From an uncultured virus (IMG/VR IMGVR_UViG_2061766007_003336) (Duplodnaviria > Heunggongvirae > Uroviricota > Caudoviricetes): a stretch of 64,000 bases of DNA. The stretch is from IMG/VR virus record IMGVR_UViG_2061766007_003336. One strand, 5' to 3'. Below, piece after piece: positions 38,770 through 48,659 of the stretch (position 1 is the first letter of the stretch; the number at the start of each line of letters is the position of its first letter). The position numbers were made by a program, and so were the translations under genes. Under the pieces are notes generated by a model. The model ran no database searches. It was given only the letters and a program-made list of their open reading frames with translations, and was not told the origin of the DNA.

Positions 38770-39855
38770 ATGTTAGATCAGAGATGGTATGACAAAATTG
38801 CCAGCGGCGTTGCTGCCGCAGAAGAAGCTCTTGCCAATGCAGCTGCAGACGAACAGGCTGCTGCTGTCGAGCAGGGTGCCGCAGAAAAACTTCAGCAGGA
38901 CATTGATCTTACTCAGGCGGTAGCTGCTGACGACAGTGTAACCACTGAAGAAAAAGTCGCTATCCTCGAGAACGAAGGCGTCGAGCCTGAGATCATCGAA
39001 GCTCTTATCGAGGCTGAAACGACTGATGCAGTCGCAGCTTACTACGGAATCAATCCGTACTGGCTTGCAGACAAACAGGCAAGCATGAGATATGACAAAA
39101 CGGCTGCGGTTGACCCCGGTCAGATGGCTGTTGATATCGACAACGCTACAGGCGGAAGAATGATGCCTGCAGGAATCGGCGGTGCGGCAGGTATGGGAGC
39201 AGGCGCACTCGGTGCGAAACTCCTTGGCAGAAAATTCCCGGCTCTTAAAGGCAAAGCAGGTCTTGCAGCTCTTGCTGGTGCAGGTCTTGGTGCAGGAATA
39301 GGTGCTTTTTATCCTGAAATCGTCAGAGGAACCGGCGATGCAGCTGTTTACCTTGACAATAACTACATCAGTAAGGTTCCGGGAGCCCTTGAACAGGCAG
39401 GCGACTACATCAACGCACGTCCGATTATCGGGCAGACTGCAAGAGACGCTGCTATCGGCATGGGTGCGGGTGCAGCAGCAGGTGCTGCAGGTGCTAAACT
39501 TCTTGGTAAATCCATGAGGCGTTTCGGCGGTATCGGAGCTCTTCTCGGTGCAGGCATCGGAGCAGCTGTTCCGAATGTTGCGGCATATTACCAGGATCAG
39601 CGCCAGGCAGAAGCGGCTGAGAGAGCTAAACAGCTCGCAGCTGTAGAGAGCGCTAAACGCCAGAGAAGAACTGCTATGGGCGCAGGCCTAGGCGGACTCG
39701 CAGGTGCAGGCTTCGGTTACCTCGCCGGTGACGGTATGGGCGCAGCGATCGGCGGTCTTGCAGGCGCAGGACTCGGCGGTGCCGGCGGCTACTTCGCTAA
39801 AAACATTGATGACTGGGCGAACAAGAACATCAATTTTCCGACAACAGTAGCTTAA
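38770..39855 (+). CDS. DKIA-leader glycine-zipper protein (paralog of 37589-38743; three zipper modules)
   Basis: shared acidic N-domain QQDIDLTQAVAADDSVTTEEKVAILENEGVEPEIIEALI; ADKQAS, YDKTAA. Confidence 0.85.
   Translation: MLDQRWYDKIASGVAAAEEALANAAADEQAAAVEQGAAEKLQQDIDLTQAVAADDSVTTEEKVAILENEGVEPEIIEALIEAETTDAVAAYYGINPYWLADKQASMRYDKTAAVDPGQMAVDIDNATGGRMMPAGIGGAAGMGAGALGAKLLGRKFPALKGKAGLAALAGAGLGAGIGAFYPEIVRGTGDAAVYLDNNYISKVPGALEQAGDYINARPIIGQTARDAAIGMGAGAAAGAAGAKLLGKSMRRFGGIGALLGAGIGAAVPNVAAYYQDQRQAEAAERAKQLAAVESAKRQRRTAMGAGLGGLAGAGFGYLAGDGMGAAIGGLAGAGLGGAGGYFAKNIDDWANKNINFPTTVA
39676..39780 (+). repeat. 105-bp glycine-zipper cassette copy 3
   Basis: 1 substitution vs copy 1 by eye. Confidence 0.95.
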
Positions 39856-39898
39856 TGTGATTTTCAGGGCTCTCTGCTGAAGTGTATGGAGGTAAAGT

Positions 39899-41623
39899 AT
39901 GGTTAATCCGTTTGTTCTTGAAGCCTTGCGTGCACATCAGCTCAGGGCCCTTTATTTATCCAGCCTCATCCAGCCTGACCTGGCAGGTAACACCGCTTAC
40001 CTGAATCCGGAGCTGTATACGATGAGGCTCCTTCCGCCGGTACTGCCTGAACCGTTGTTCCCAGGAGGGCTTCCTCCGCAGGCAGTACAGAGTCCTGAAT
40101 TGTTAGGACTCCAGGGCAATCCTGCCGTATATGTCAGGGGCGGGATCAATCCGGTCTTACCTATCAACAACATAGGAGTAGAACAGATGATGGCTCAGGG
40201 CTACTATCCTGCTCCGGGCAGAATGCTGCCGCCGCAGGTTCTGTATGACAAACAGTCAGCGCTTACCAAAGATGATATACTTCCTTACCTCGTGCCTGCT
40301 GCAGGAGCTACAGGTTTCGGAGCGGTGAGATTCGCCGCTTTACCTAAGGGCAGTCCGATGCGTTTAGGCAAGGCGGTTTTAGCAGCCGGTATCGGAGGCT
40401 TAGCCGGACACGGACTTTATAGTCTTATTAAGCCAGGTGCATCCCTTGCTCCCGATCCTGTTAGAATCCGCAATGCTCAGCTCGGTATCGACTCAGCACT
40501 TACAGGTGCAGGATTGGGAGGTCTTCTGGGCGCCGGACTAGGTTACGTTGCAGGCGGCTCACAGTCCGTGCTTCCATTTGCACTTACCGGTGCGGGCTTA
40601 GGCGGTATAGGCGGGTACAAGTATGCGCAGCACCGCGCATCTGTGCCTGAAAACATTCCGGCAAAGGACGTTCCGTCAGATATTCAGAATGCTGTTACCA
40701 AGCAGTCGGCCTACCGCAGGCCTTATATTCCTTATGCCGCACAGCCGGATAAAGTGGCCAGTCTTCTTTCGATAGCCCGCACTGCTGTCAAAGGTGTGGC
40801 TAGACTGTGGAAACCGGCTGAGCAGCTGGTCAGCAAGTCGAAATATCTTGGCACTTTAGATCGTATGGGAGCCGCAGCACCTACCTCGATCCTGGGTAAA
40901 GCAAAGAATTTCCTGTTCGGCAGAGGCATTGACCGTTTCGAGCGCCAGGCGATCGAGAATACTCTTAAAAACAGCAGTAAAGGTTTGAGTAAAACCCAGG
41001 TCAGAGGGTTCTGGGAGGCTACAGGTAAAGGTAAAGGTCTTGATACAGGGACCGTAGAGGGTATGCTTAACAGATTTAAAAGCGGCAACAGTAAGATCAA
41101 CAAGGCATTTAAGGGCGAACTTGAGACGTGGCGCAACAGCCGCATAGCCCCGGTAAGTGAAGCCGGTCAGGTTGTTGCCAACAGCGGTACTGCAGCTGCC
41201 GAAACCGGAACAATGCTTGCCAACGGCGCGAATAAAACCACAAAGATTCCTGGATACACCGGACCGTACAGCTTTAAGAAGCCGCAGATCGGAGGGTACA
41301 GCTTTGCAGAGCCCAGTAAAGGCAGCAGAATGTTCTTCAAAGGCACTCAGACAGCGCCTGTTTCCGGAGGCCAGGGTACGATGGATACCTTCATGGACCA
41401 GGCTCGTAAAGGCGCCGGTCACTGGTTTACCCACCCCATAGAAAATATTAAGGATATCGGCAGGATGTGGCAGAATGCCGGTAATGTGCCTCACGGCTAT
41501 GCTAAGGCGATCGGACACACAGTCGGAGCTGCAGCCGTCCCGTATGCCACCTACGCTTCCGTAAGCAAGTTTACGGAGCCGAATCACCGCGATAACGGTG
41601 GTTATCAGATCAATCATTTTTAA
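39899..41623 (+). CDS. modular glycine-zipper protein with Pro-rich N-terminus and basic C-terminal module
   Basis: YDKQSA, TKQSA, PDKVAS separate the modules; GAGLGGLLGAGLGYVAGG. Confidence 0.85.
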   Translation: MVNPFVLEALRAHQLRALYLSSLIQPDLAGNTAYLNPELYTMRLLPPVLPEPLFPGGLPPQAVQSPELLGLQGNPAVYVRGGINPVLPINNIGVEQMMAQGYYPAPGRMLPPQVLYDKQSALTKDDILPYLVPAAGATGFGAVRFAALPKGSPMRLGKAVLAAGIGGLAGHGLYSLIKPGASLAPDPVRIRNAQLGIDSALTGAGLGGLLGAGLGYVAGGSQSVLPFALTGAGLGGIGGYKYAQHRASVPENIPAKDVPSDIQNAVTKQSAYRRPYIPYAAQPDKVASLLSIARTAVKGVARLWKPAEQLVSKSKYLGTLDRMGAAAPTSILGKAKNFLFGRGIDRFERQAIENTLKNSSKGLSKTQVRGFWEATGKGKGLDTGTVEGMLNRFKSGNSKINKAFKGELETWRNSRIAPVSEAGQVVANSGTAAAETGTMLANGANKTTKIPGYTGPYSFKKPQIGGYSFAEPSKGSRMFFKGTQTAPVSGGQGTMDTFMDQARKGAGHWFTHPIENIKDIGRMWQNAGNVPHGYAKAIGHTVGAAAVPYATYASVSKFTEPNHRDNGGYQINHF

Positions 41624-41645
41624 TCTTCAAATACGGAGGTAGACT

Positions 41646-42038
41646 ATGAGCCAGGAATCAGCCCGAATTTTTTTAGACAAAATGCAGCAGAAGTTCGGTC
41701 CGGTTATCGACCGGAACATGGCTGACTATGCAGGAGCTGCAGAAACGTATGCGGATGCAATGCGGAATGCCGCAATGCAGGGCGGAGAGAACGCTAAACG
41801 CTTTGCGAAAGATGCGGAAGCATATGGCAGAGCCTGGCTCAACCATACATCGAGCCCTGATCAGCTGCGTATGAACACTGCGATAGGTGCCGGAATAGGC
41901 GGCCTTGCCGGGGCAGGGCTAGGCTATCTGGCAGGCGACGGAGCAGGAGCTCTCATCGGAGGTCTCGGCGGTACTGCACTAGGTGGTTACAGCGGCTACA
42001 ATATTAACAATATCCGGGCAGCGCTCGGCCTGTTATAG
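41646..42038 (+). CDS. glycine-zipper protein
   Basis: MSQESARIFLDK leader; GAGIGGLAGAGLGYLAGDGAGALIGGLGG. Confidence 0.85.
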   Translation: MSQESARIFLDKMQQKFGPVIDRNMADYAGAAETYADAMRNAAMQGGENAKRFAKDAEAYGRAWLNHTSSPDQLRMNTAIGAGIGGLAGAGLGYLAGDGAGALIGGLGGTALGGYSGYNINNIRAALGLL

Positions 42039-42053
42039 ACCTAAGGGTGGATT

Positions 42054-42569
42054 ATGAGCAAAATCTCTCAGGCGTTATTTTTGGATAAAATAGCAGTGAT
42101 TGAAGAAACCCTGCCGTTAATCTCTGCTGTATTACAGGTAAATAACAATGTTAATAACTTTCCAATGCTAGCCGAAATCAAACGCAAACAACTGGTGAAG
42201 TCCGATAAAAGTCTCTCATACGATGAGAGTAAGCGGAGAACGCACGGCGCTGCGTTAGCCGGAGGACTTGGCGGAACTTTTGCCGGAGGGCTTTTGGGCG
42301 CTCCGTTTGGAGTTCCCGGAATAGCTATAGGGAGTCTTGTTGGGAACCTAGCCGGTTCGTTTACCGGGTTGTATGCAGGAGCAGCTGGCAACGGAGCACA
42401 GCATATCTTTCCTACTTTAGGTGGTGCGGCTGCAGGGGCAGGTCTAGGGGCGTTGCTTAGCGAGCAACTTAGTCACGGTGATGATAAAGTTTTCAAGGCT
42501 GGTATAGGCCTTGGGGCAGTAGGCGGAGGCCTTACAGGTTATTTGTTATCAAAACATTTTGCAGAATAG
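42054..42569 (+). CDS. DKIA-leader glycine-zipper protein
   Basis: MSKISQALFLDKIA; four GxxxG-rich helices. Confidence 0.85.
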   Translation: MSKISQALFLDKIAVIEETLPLISAVLQVNNNVNNFPMLAEIKRKQLVKSDKSLSYDESKRRTHGAALAGGLGGTFAGGLLGAPFGVPGIAIGSLVGNLAGSFTGLYAGAAGNGAQHIFPTLGGAAAGAGLGALLSEQLSHGDDKVFKAGIGLGAVGGGLTGYLLSKHFAE

Positions 42570-42580
42570 GAGATCTTACT

Positions 42581-43264
42581 ATGAGCGAAACATCAAGAAA
42601 CATTTTTATGGACATCATTAACGACAAACTTGCAGCGGGACAGATCCCTTCGGCCGGCAGCCCTGCAGGGAATGACTTTCTTGACTCTAAACCGTCAGGC
42701 GCCGGATTAGGCGGTGTTGCCGGATACGGCATGCAAGGTGGACGATCTTTCGACTTTAATAGTGCTGAGTGGCAACGGATGTCTGTGGAAGACAGAGTTA
42801 AAGCTCTTGACCCCCAGGATGATCGTCCTGTTATTCGGCGCAAGCCTGGAGCCTGGAAAAAGCACAAAGGCGGTCCTGCCGTCAACCCGAGAAAAAGAGG
42901 GGGTTCCTGGAGGTCGCCAAAAAGTTGGAATGACTTTTATGAAAGTGATATGCTGCTGGATGATCCGGTCTGGGCAACTGAGACAGATTCACTTGCATCC
43001 TACGCTGGCCCTGATCTTCTGCGGTTTTGTGATAAAACTGCGGAGTCTCAGATTGTAGACGACGAACTCGAGAAAGCCTACCGTATGCGTGACGAGGCCC
43101 TCAGTGAGGCCAAAGTTCCGTTTGCAAGGTATCTGTATAAGTCCTACCCCCAGAGTGCACCTATGGGCAATACCCATAACAAATGGCGTCAGGCACAGAA
43201 CATAATCAACAAAAAGCTCGGTTCGAAGAAGCATTATCTGACTTACGACGAGCTTGGTTACTAG
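42581..43264 (+). CDS. DKLA-leader protein
   Basis: MSETSRNIFMDIINDKLA; internal CDKTA; basic central segment. Confidence 0.8.
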   Translation: MSETSRNIFMDIINDKLAAGQIPSAGSPAGNDFLDSKPSGAGLGGVAGYGMQGGRSFDFNSAEWQRMSVEDRVKALDPQDDRPVIRRKPGAWKKHKGGPAVNPRKRGGSWRSPKSWNDFYESDMLLDDPVWATETDSLASYAGPDLLRFCDKTAESQIVDDELEKAYRMRDEALSEAKVPFARYLYKSYPQSAPMGNTHNKWRQAQNIINKKLGSKKHYLTYDELGY

Positions 43265-43274
43265 GGAGGTTAAC

Positions 43275-43547
43275 ATGAGTCAGGTTTCCGCAGATATTTT
43301 TATGAAAATCGTAACTGACAAACTCGCAGGTAGCACTATCACCGGTACCCTTGATTCTGGCGCAGAGTACGAGATTATCCCGGGTGAAGTACGTAGGATC
43401 GGTCTTGATGAGGGCAAGCCTCGCAGTCGAAGGCTTAGGAAAGCGAGCCCATGGAAACGCGGAGGGATTCTTAGAGGAGAACCTACACTGCGCCAAGGTC
43501 TAAACCATGTTGTACGGAAGGCGTTAGAAAACGGTACTGAGAACTAG
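43275..43547 (+). CDS. small basic DKLA-leader protein
   Basis: GGAGGT SD; MSQVSADIFMKIVTDKLA. Confidence 0.8.
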   Translation: MSQVSADIFMKIVTDKLAGSTITGTLDSGAEYEIIPGEVRRIGLDEGKPRSRRLRKASPWKRGGILRGEPTLRQGLNHVVRKALENGTEN

Positions 43548-43610
43548 ACCATTCGCGTTCACGCTATTGCAAAAAAAAAACAACGTAAGATTTTTCCGTA
43601 ACCGGTAATA

Positions 43611-45299
43611 TTAGAGCATAACATCCCCGGTCATATTGTTAGCCACACAGTATGAAATCCATGCAGCTATCATTGCCATAGCAATATCATTGCTTCTGCT
43701 TTTCTTGAGTACCCATAAAATTGCGCCGGGCTCGAATTTCGATGTGGCGCTTTTCATGCTCATCCAGCTGTCGACAACTTCGTTGAGCTGTTCCGTCGAA
43801 CTGGGAAGTTCAAGGCAGTGATCGAGAATTTTTTTCTTTATGAACCGGGAGATACTGAAATTGCGGTCAACGTCTACGCGGTAGTCCTTATCCTTAGGTT
43901 CAAGCAGCGCCGTAAGCTGGGCAAAGCGTACCGGAAGGACTGTCAGGTTCTGGTTGCGGGGGGCGAACTCTTCCCTCGCGATTTTGAAAATGTTTGAGTT
44001 CGCGTACGCACCTCCCATGAAGTCCGATCCTATGTGGGTTCCGTGCGGCAGCCTTCTAACCTTGGCAAGTACGTCGTCAATAGCCGCCTTGACATCGGGC
44101 AGCGGGTAAAGTTTATGGTACAGCAGACGCTGACGGATACGGTTGCCGTCAATGGTGAACAGATTGAGGGTGAATGCTGTGTGACTCTTACCAACCAGAT
44201 CACCGCCGTTCTGGTCATTGGCCCCGCCTCCCCAGTCGATTCCTACGACAAGTTTCTGGTTCGGAGTGAGTTTCGGCAGGCGCCTGAGGACATCCTCATA
44301 CCCGACAGAACTGTAAGTTAGATTCGAGACCTGGCAGGCGCGTACATCTTCCTCCCTGAGCATTGAACCAGCTGAACCCCTCGGAACACCAAGCTGCTCG
44401 GCGTAGAGCTTATTGTCATCGCGGTTCGGGGCATAAACCTTGTCTACCAGATCCTGATAGCGTATCGGGTTATAGACAACGCCGGGCATCATAAGTTTAT
44501 TGAAATGGATACCGAAAATAGGAGCGCCAGGGTTCATCGGGACGAACTTGCCTTCCCGGATGTCCACCGGCTTGAAACAGTGTGAGCACAGGACCGTTTC
44601 TTTTCCTACCTGACGGAGATCCATCAGTGTCGTGTATTTGTTGCAGTGATGGCATTTAACCACCATTGTGTGCTGTGATGTGGTATCATACAGTTTGCAC
44701 AGGTCATCATCCGGGTCGAGCGGCGTGCCCGTGTTGATGTCGATATGGTAGTCGGAGCTGTCGAGCATAGGATCAAGGACAGGGTTGATCAGATCAAGCA
44801 TCATGCTCTGCGACTCGTCCTTGATAAGCGCGTCAGCCGAGCCGCCGCGGACTCTCTCTACACCAGCTTCGTCGGCAGCATACCCGATTTTCATGGTAGC
44901 GCCGGTAGCGAAAGTCTTGATATGAACGTCGTTAGAGATCGATACCGCCTTCATATCCCTCGTTACGGCTATAGGACTCTTATTGGACAGCAGGAGTCTT
45001 TTCATGTTCGAGTTGACATTAAGGATCTTACCGAATTTGAGTTTGGAGAACTCGTCGGCCTGGTTCTGTGACGGAGCCATGTAAATGATACGGAACATGG
45101 GGATATGGGCCAGTTTCAGACAGTAGATGCAGTTGAAGATCGATTTCCCTACCTGACGTGACGTACGCATGACCATGCGCCTGATGTAAGGCATGTCTAT
45201 CAGCTCACGGTAATGGTAGTCGTTCCAGTTGATGGGTTTGCCGTCATCCAGCACGATCGATTTTTCGAAATAGTCGGATGCCGGCCCCGTATATCTCAT
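43611..45299 (-). CDS. terL: terminase large subunit (gpA-like)
   Basis: Walker A TSRQVGKS, Walker B GGSADALIKDE, motif III TGTP, Zn motif CHHC...CSHC, RNase H-like VGIDWG and C-terminal ND. Confidence 0.9.
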   Translation of the reverse strand: MRYTGPASDYFEKSIVLDDGKPINWNDYHYRELIDMPYIRRMVMRTSRQVGKSIFNCIYCLKLAHIPMFRIIYMAPSQNQADEFSKLKFGKILNVNSNMKRLLLSNKSPIAVTRDMKAVSISNDVHIKTFATGATMKIGYAADEAGVERVRGGSADALIKDESQSMMLDLINPVLDPMLDSSDYHIDINTGTPLDPDDDLCKLYDTTSQHTMVVKCHHCNKYTTLMDLRQVGKETVLCSHCFKPVDIREGKFVPMNPGAPIFGIHFNKLMMPGVVYNPIRYQDLVDKVYAPNRDDNKLYAEQLGVPRGSAGSMLREEDVRACQVSNLTYSSVGYEDVLRRLPKLTPNQKLVVGIDWGGGANDQNGGDLVGKSHTAFTLNLFTIDGNRIRQRLLYHKLYPLPDVKAAIDDVLAKVRRLPHGTHIGSDFMGGAYANSNIFKIAREEFAPRNQNLTVLPVRFAQLTALLEPKDKDYRVDVDRNFSISRFIKKKILDHCLELPSSTEQLNEVVDSWMSMKSATSKFEPGAILWVLKKSRSNDIAMAMIAAWISYCVANNMTGDVML

Positions 45300-45314
45300 G
45301 TGGTGCTCCGATGA

Positions 45315-46922
45315 TTAGTCGGTATAGTTGACGTCCTTGTCGTAGTTGGTTCCGATAACGTCGGACATATAACCGCCGAGACCGCCGATACCGGCTCCGG
45401 CGAGCGTGTATTTGGCGTAGTCGCCAAGATCGAATCCGAGATTGCCGAGTCTGTTGGCTGCCGTAGCGGCTACAAGACCGCCAAGTGCACCGTAGCCTGC
45501 TCCGATACCAGTGTTACGGATCATGTTGCTCTTTACATTGCGTTTGGTCTGGCCGATAAAATCGTTGATAGCCGAGTCACGACCTTTTTCCATGTCGGAT
45601 CTGAGCGCGTTGTGTGTGAGTGCGCCCAGACCGATACCACCGGCTACGTTCTGCGCCGACTGTACCATGGGCTGCGTTACGCTCTGGTTCATGCCTGCGA
45701 AACCGGTTGCCAGGAACGGCGCCGTCAGACCTATACCGATACCGGTCTGAATCGGATGCGTGACCATTTTATTGTAAGCTCTGCCGATAACACTCTGAGG
45801 ATCGTCTATTTCAGGAAGCGCTGCCGCGAGGCCCGCCGCTCCGAGAGCCGTGCCGCCGCCAAGAATAGCGTTGCCTTTAACCGGATTTTCATAGATCCAC
45901 TGTTTGGCAGCTCTGAGATAAGGGTTACCCAGCGCCTTATAAACGGCTTTAGCTTCCTCAACTGTTGTACCGTTAGGGCGAAAACCAGGAGTTCTGTTCA
46001 TAAGATCTGCAATATTATTCCAAACCGGTTTCCCCGATGCGTTGAAGAGGTTCTTTGTCGGGCCCATAAGTGCGGGGTTAACGACCCTCTGCCCGGCTTC
46101 AAAGATATTTTTTACACCGCTTTTAGGTGTTCTCAGTACCGCGTCGTTGATAAGCAGCCTGAGTCCTCTTTCTTTCATGCCTGCAGCAGTTTTGTCCTCC
46201 GCTGGTTCCTCGAAGTCTGCAGAACCGTCTTTTACTTTCTCCAGGAACGCAAGCGCATTGGAAGCTACTGCAAGTTTGGTAGCTTTTTCCATGTCTCCGG
46301 CAGCGATGGCTTTTTCGCCTTCCTTGCGGAGAAGTCTCTGGAAGTGAGTTTCTGAAGGATCGTGTACATAAGATGCAGTTTTTTCAAGGCACCAGTCGAG
46401 GGCCTTGGAAGCGGCAGTGATCACGTCGATTGTACTGTCGGTCTGGAAAGGTGTGACATTTTTCATATTCATGGCTACGCTTGCTCCTAATTTTTTGGGG
46501 TCAGTATAATTTGCATCCGCTACGGATGACTCAAACGAGTTGACGGGGTTTGCTGCAGGGGCGCCCACAGGCCGAGTGCTGGTTGTGCTCACTCCAGGCA
46601 CACTGGTTTCACTGGAGGTTTTCGTCCCCCACCGGTCGTAGACTACACCGTTAAGGTGTCTGAGACGCTGGTCATTATCAGCAGTCAAGGTTGGTGTTAC
46701 TTTACCGGTAGGCTGAGTCGGTGAAGCAGTACCTGTGGCAGACTCAATACTGTTGGTCCAGTCAGACTGTGAATTGTCACCGCCAGAATACAGACCCATG
46801 TTGACGTTATAGCCTTTACCGCTTTTCATCGGCGGTTTGCCTTCGCCGATTGCCGTCAGCGAAGCTGATGACGATGACGGATTGACCGCCAGTTTTGTAA
46901 ATTCAAGATACCTGCTTGTCAT
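45315..46922 (-). CDS. K-x-A motif protein with C-terminal glycine-zipper modules
   Basis: GGAGGT SD; MTSRYLEFTKLA, LEKTAS, EDKTAA; GIGAGYGALGG...AGAGIGGLGG; directly upstream of terL. Confidence 0.85.
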   Translation of the reverse strand: MTSRYLEFTKLAVNPSSSSASLTAIGEGKPPMKSGKGYNVNMGLYSGGDNSQSDWTNSIESATGTASPTQPTGKVTPTLTADNDQRLRHLNGVVYDRWGTKTSSETSVPGVSTTSTRPVGAPAANPVNSFESSVADANYTDPKKLGASVAMNMKNVTPFQTDSTIDVITAASKALDWCLEKTASYVHDPSETHFQRLLRKEGEKAIAAGDMEKATKLAVASNALAFLEKVKDGSADFEEPAEDKTAAGMKERGLRLLINDAVLRTPKSGVKNIFEAGQRVVNPALMGPTKNLFNASGKPVWNNIADLMNRTPGFRPNGTTVEEAKAVYKALGNPYLRAAKQWIYENPVKGNAILGGGTALGAAGLAAALPEIDDPQSVIGRAYNKMVTHPIQTGIGIGLTAPFLATGFAGMNQSVTQPMVQSAQNVAGGIGLGALTHNALRSDMEKGRDSAINDFIGQTKRNVKSNMIRNTGIGAGYGALGGLVAATAANRLGNLGFDLGDYAKYTLAGAGIGGLGGYMSDVIGTNYDKDVNYTD

Positions 46923-47001
46923 TTTTACCTCCGCAAACACAATTACCCGCGTATATTACAACCAAATTACGATGAAGGCAATAATCATGCGGTCAGCACC
47001 G

Positions 47002-47028
47002 AAAAAAAGACCCCGCAGGAGCGGGGCC
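47002..47028 (-). terminator. intrinsic terminator
   Basis: CCCCGC-AGGA-GCGGGG with A7 on the left. Confidence 0.75.
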
Positions 47029-47052
47029 GTGAGACAGATTTCAGAGGTTGAT

Positions 47053-47454
47053 TTATTCGGGTTTGGTTTCAGGGTCTGCTTCAGGTGTGTTTTCTTCAGC
47101 AGGTTCCGCTTTTTCCGCAGCGGCGGATTTGGCTACGGTCGCGTAGTGCTTTTCCGCGGTGGTACAGAAGATTTCGAACAGATGTTCTTTCATTGCATCG
47201 TCAGCATTCATTAACATGTCAGGGAGGTTAGGGCAAAGGCGTTTTAAACCACCACCTATCTCGACGACGTCAAGGACAAATTCTATAAACATGTCTGGAT
47301 TGCCGTGGCGGGCCCACCTGACACTGGCCGCCGGGTACTTCGCCACGATTGTTTCAATTTCGGAAAGGAGTACCTTTCCTGCAATGCTTCTCAGCATTTT
47401 GTCACTACGGTTCCTTGCTTCAGCTTCTGCTGTGCTGATGTCTTTTCCGGCCAT
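47053..47454 (-). CDS. hypothetical protein
   Basis: AGGAGG SD before MAGKDI. Confidence 0.75.
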   Translation of the reverse strand: MAGKDISTAEAEARNRSDKMLRSIAGKVLLSEIETIVAKYPAASVRWARHGNPDMFIEFVLDVVEIGGGLKRLCPNLPDMLMNADDAMKEHLFEIFCTTAEKHYATVAKSAAAEKAEPAEENTPEADPETKPE

Positions 47455-47538
47455 TTTCTCCTCCTTGAAAAAAATAAACACACGGCACGAGGAACTTCCT
47501 GCGTGCCGTGCTTTTCTTAACGGAACCTTTTCTCTTTG

Positions 47539-48132
47539 TCAATTTTTGACTGTGTGTTTCCTTATAATGTCCTGCGGGTCGCCTTCATTTGCAATGAATA
47601 CCCTGAGTTCGGATGCAGAGTCCGTATCGAGAGTGTCGATATCGTAGTAGACCTCCCTATCGTTGATAAGGCCCTGCCAGTCAATACTTTTAGGATCTTC
47701 AACGTGCTCCATCCAGGCACCGAGCATTGCCTGCCTGGTCCAGCACCTTCTGCGGAGGGATCCGCTGTCGTCCTGCCACGTACCAAGGTGATTGTCGCCT
47801 TTATAGTAGTAGTCGCAGCCTGGTTCGACACCCACAGCTGCCATATAAAGGTTTTTGTACCTTGACGCAAGGACTGCGTAAACCTGGTACGGAGTATCCC
47901 ACTTTGTGCAGAAGCGGTACTCGGCTCTTACTTCACCGAACATGTCTTCCGGATACTGTTCAAACTGAACCTCATCCATAGGGTGCCGGATGAGATCGGA
48001 AGGTGTTTTTTCATTTTCCAGGATCTTGTCGACATCAAAAGCCAGCTTGCTGCTGCTGACGTCTTCGATGAACTTTGACACCGCATCAGGACGACCTTTG
48101 ATCGTAAATACGTTTTCGCATATATTAGCCAT
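47539..48132 (-). CDS. DUF1281/Api92-like ferredoxin-fold domain protein
   Basis: MANICENVFTIKG...FCTKWDTP...VEPGCDY pattern. Confidence 0.65.
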   Translation of the reverse strand: MANICENVFTIKGRPDAVSKFIEDVSSSKLAFDVDKILENEKTPSDLIRHPMDEVQFEQYPEDMFGEVRAEYRFCTKWDTPYQVYAVLASRYKNLYMAAVGVEPGCDYYYKGDNHLGTWQDDSGSLRRRCWTRQAMLGAWMEHVEDPKSIDWQGLINDREVYYDIDTLDTDSASELRVFIANEGDPQDIIRKHTVKN

Positions 48133-48646
48133 TTGCCGCCTCCTGTCTGTTGAGCTCATTCAGTTCGGAACGTAAACCTTCAAGTGTTCTTTCGTGTGCA
48201 TATATACGATTCTGAAGGCGTGACCGTCGGGTTGCAGCAGCTGAATGCAGCGTTTTCTTTGCCTTTTCCGGATCATAACGCCCGACGATGTCTTTGATTG
48301 CTTTCCATACATTATCCGACAGTGCAGAAAACAGTTCACGGCATGTTTGTTTCTGCTGCTCTGACAGATGGCAGGAAGATGCCAGCAGATCAGCGTTTAC
48401 GTATTCCTCAGCTACATGATCTACGAGACCGGCAAGATTCCATACGTCTCTTGCACCGAGACCGCAGAGAGGTGCCACACCGCCTACGGTACCGATGTCC
48501 TCTGTCCGCAGGTTCTTAAACCAAGCTGTAGGAGCATAGGTTGTTCCGTGGAGAATTTTGATCTGCCCGTCAACCTGATGCTGCATCCTGATCGGCTGTC
48601 CCTGGTACATACCGAAAACAAGTTCTTCTCTAATGTCATCTTTCAT
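48125..48646 (-). CDS. hypothetical protein (paralog of 51338-51874)
   Basis: LVFGMYQGQPI vs IILGVRAGKPL; SDNVW vs ADTVW; C-terminal coiled coil. Confidence 0.75.
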   Translation of the reverse strand: MKDDIREELVFGMYQGQPIRMQHQVDGQIKILHGTTYAPTAWFKNLRTEDIGTVGGVAPLCGLGARDVWNLAGLVDHVAEEYVNADLLASSCHLSEQQKQTCRELFSALSDNVWKAIKDIVGRYDPEKAKKTLHSAAATRRSRLQNRIYAHERTLEGLRSELNELNRQEAANG

Positions 48647-48659
48647 GGCCTTGCCCTCC

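Noticed and set aside
37955..39780. Diversity-generating retroelement TR/VR pair
   Set aside because: Only 1-4 differences, not concentrated at adenines; all copies are coding; no reverse transcriptase in the window
35040..43547. Classical class II bacteriocin operon
   Set aside because: No double-glycine leaders, C39 peptidase/ABC exporter or immunity genes; the same motif is on non-zipper proteins; context is phage morphogenesis
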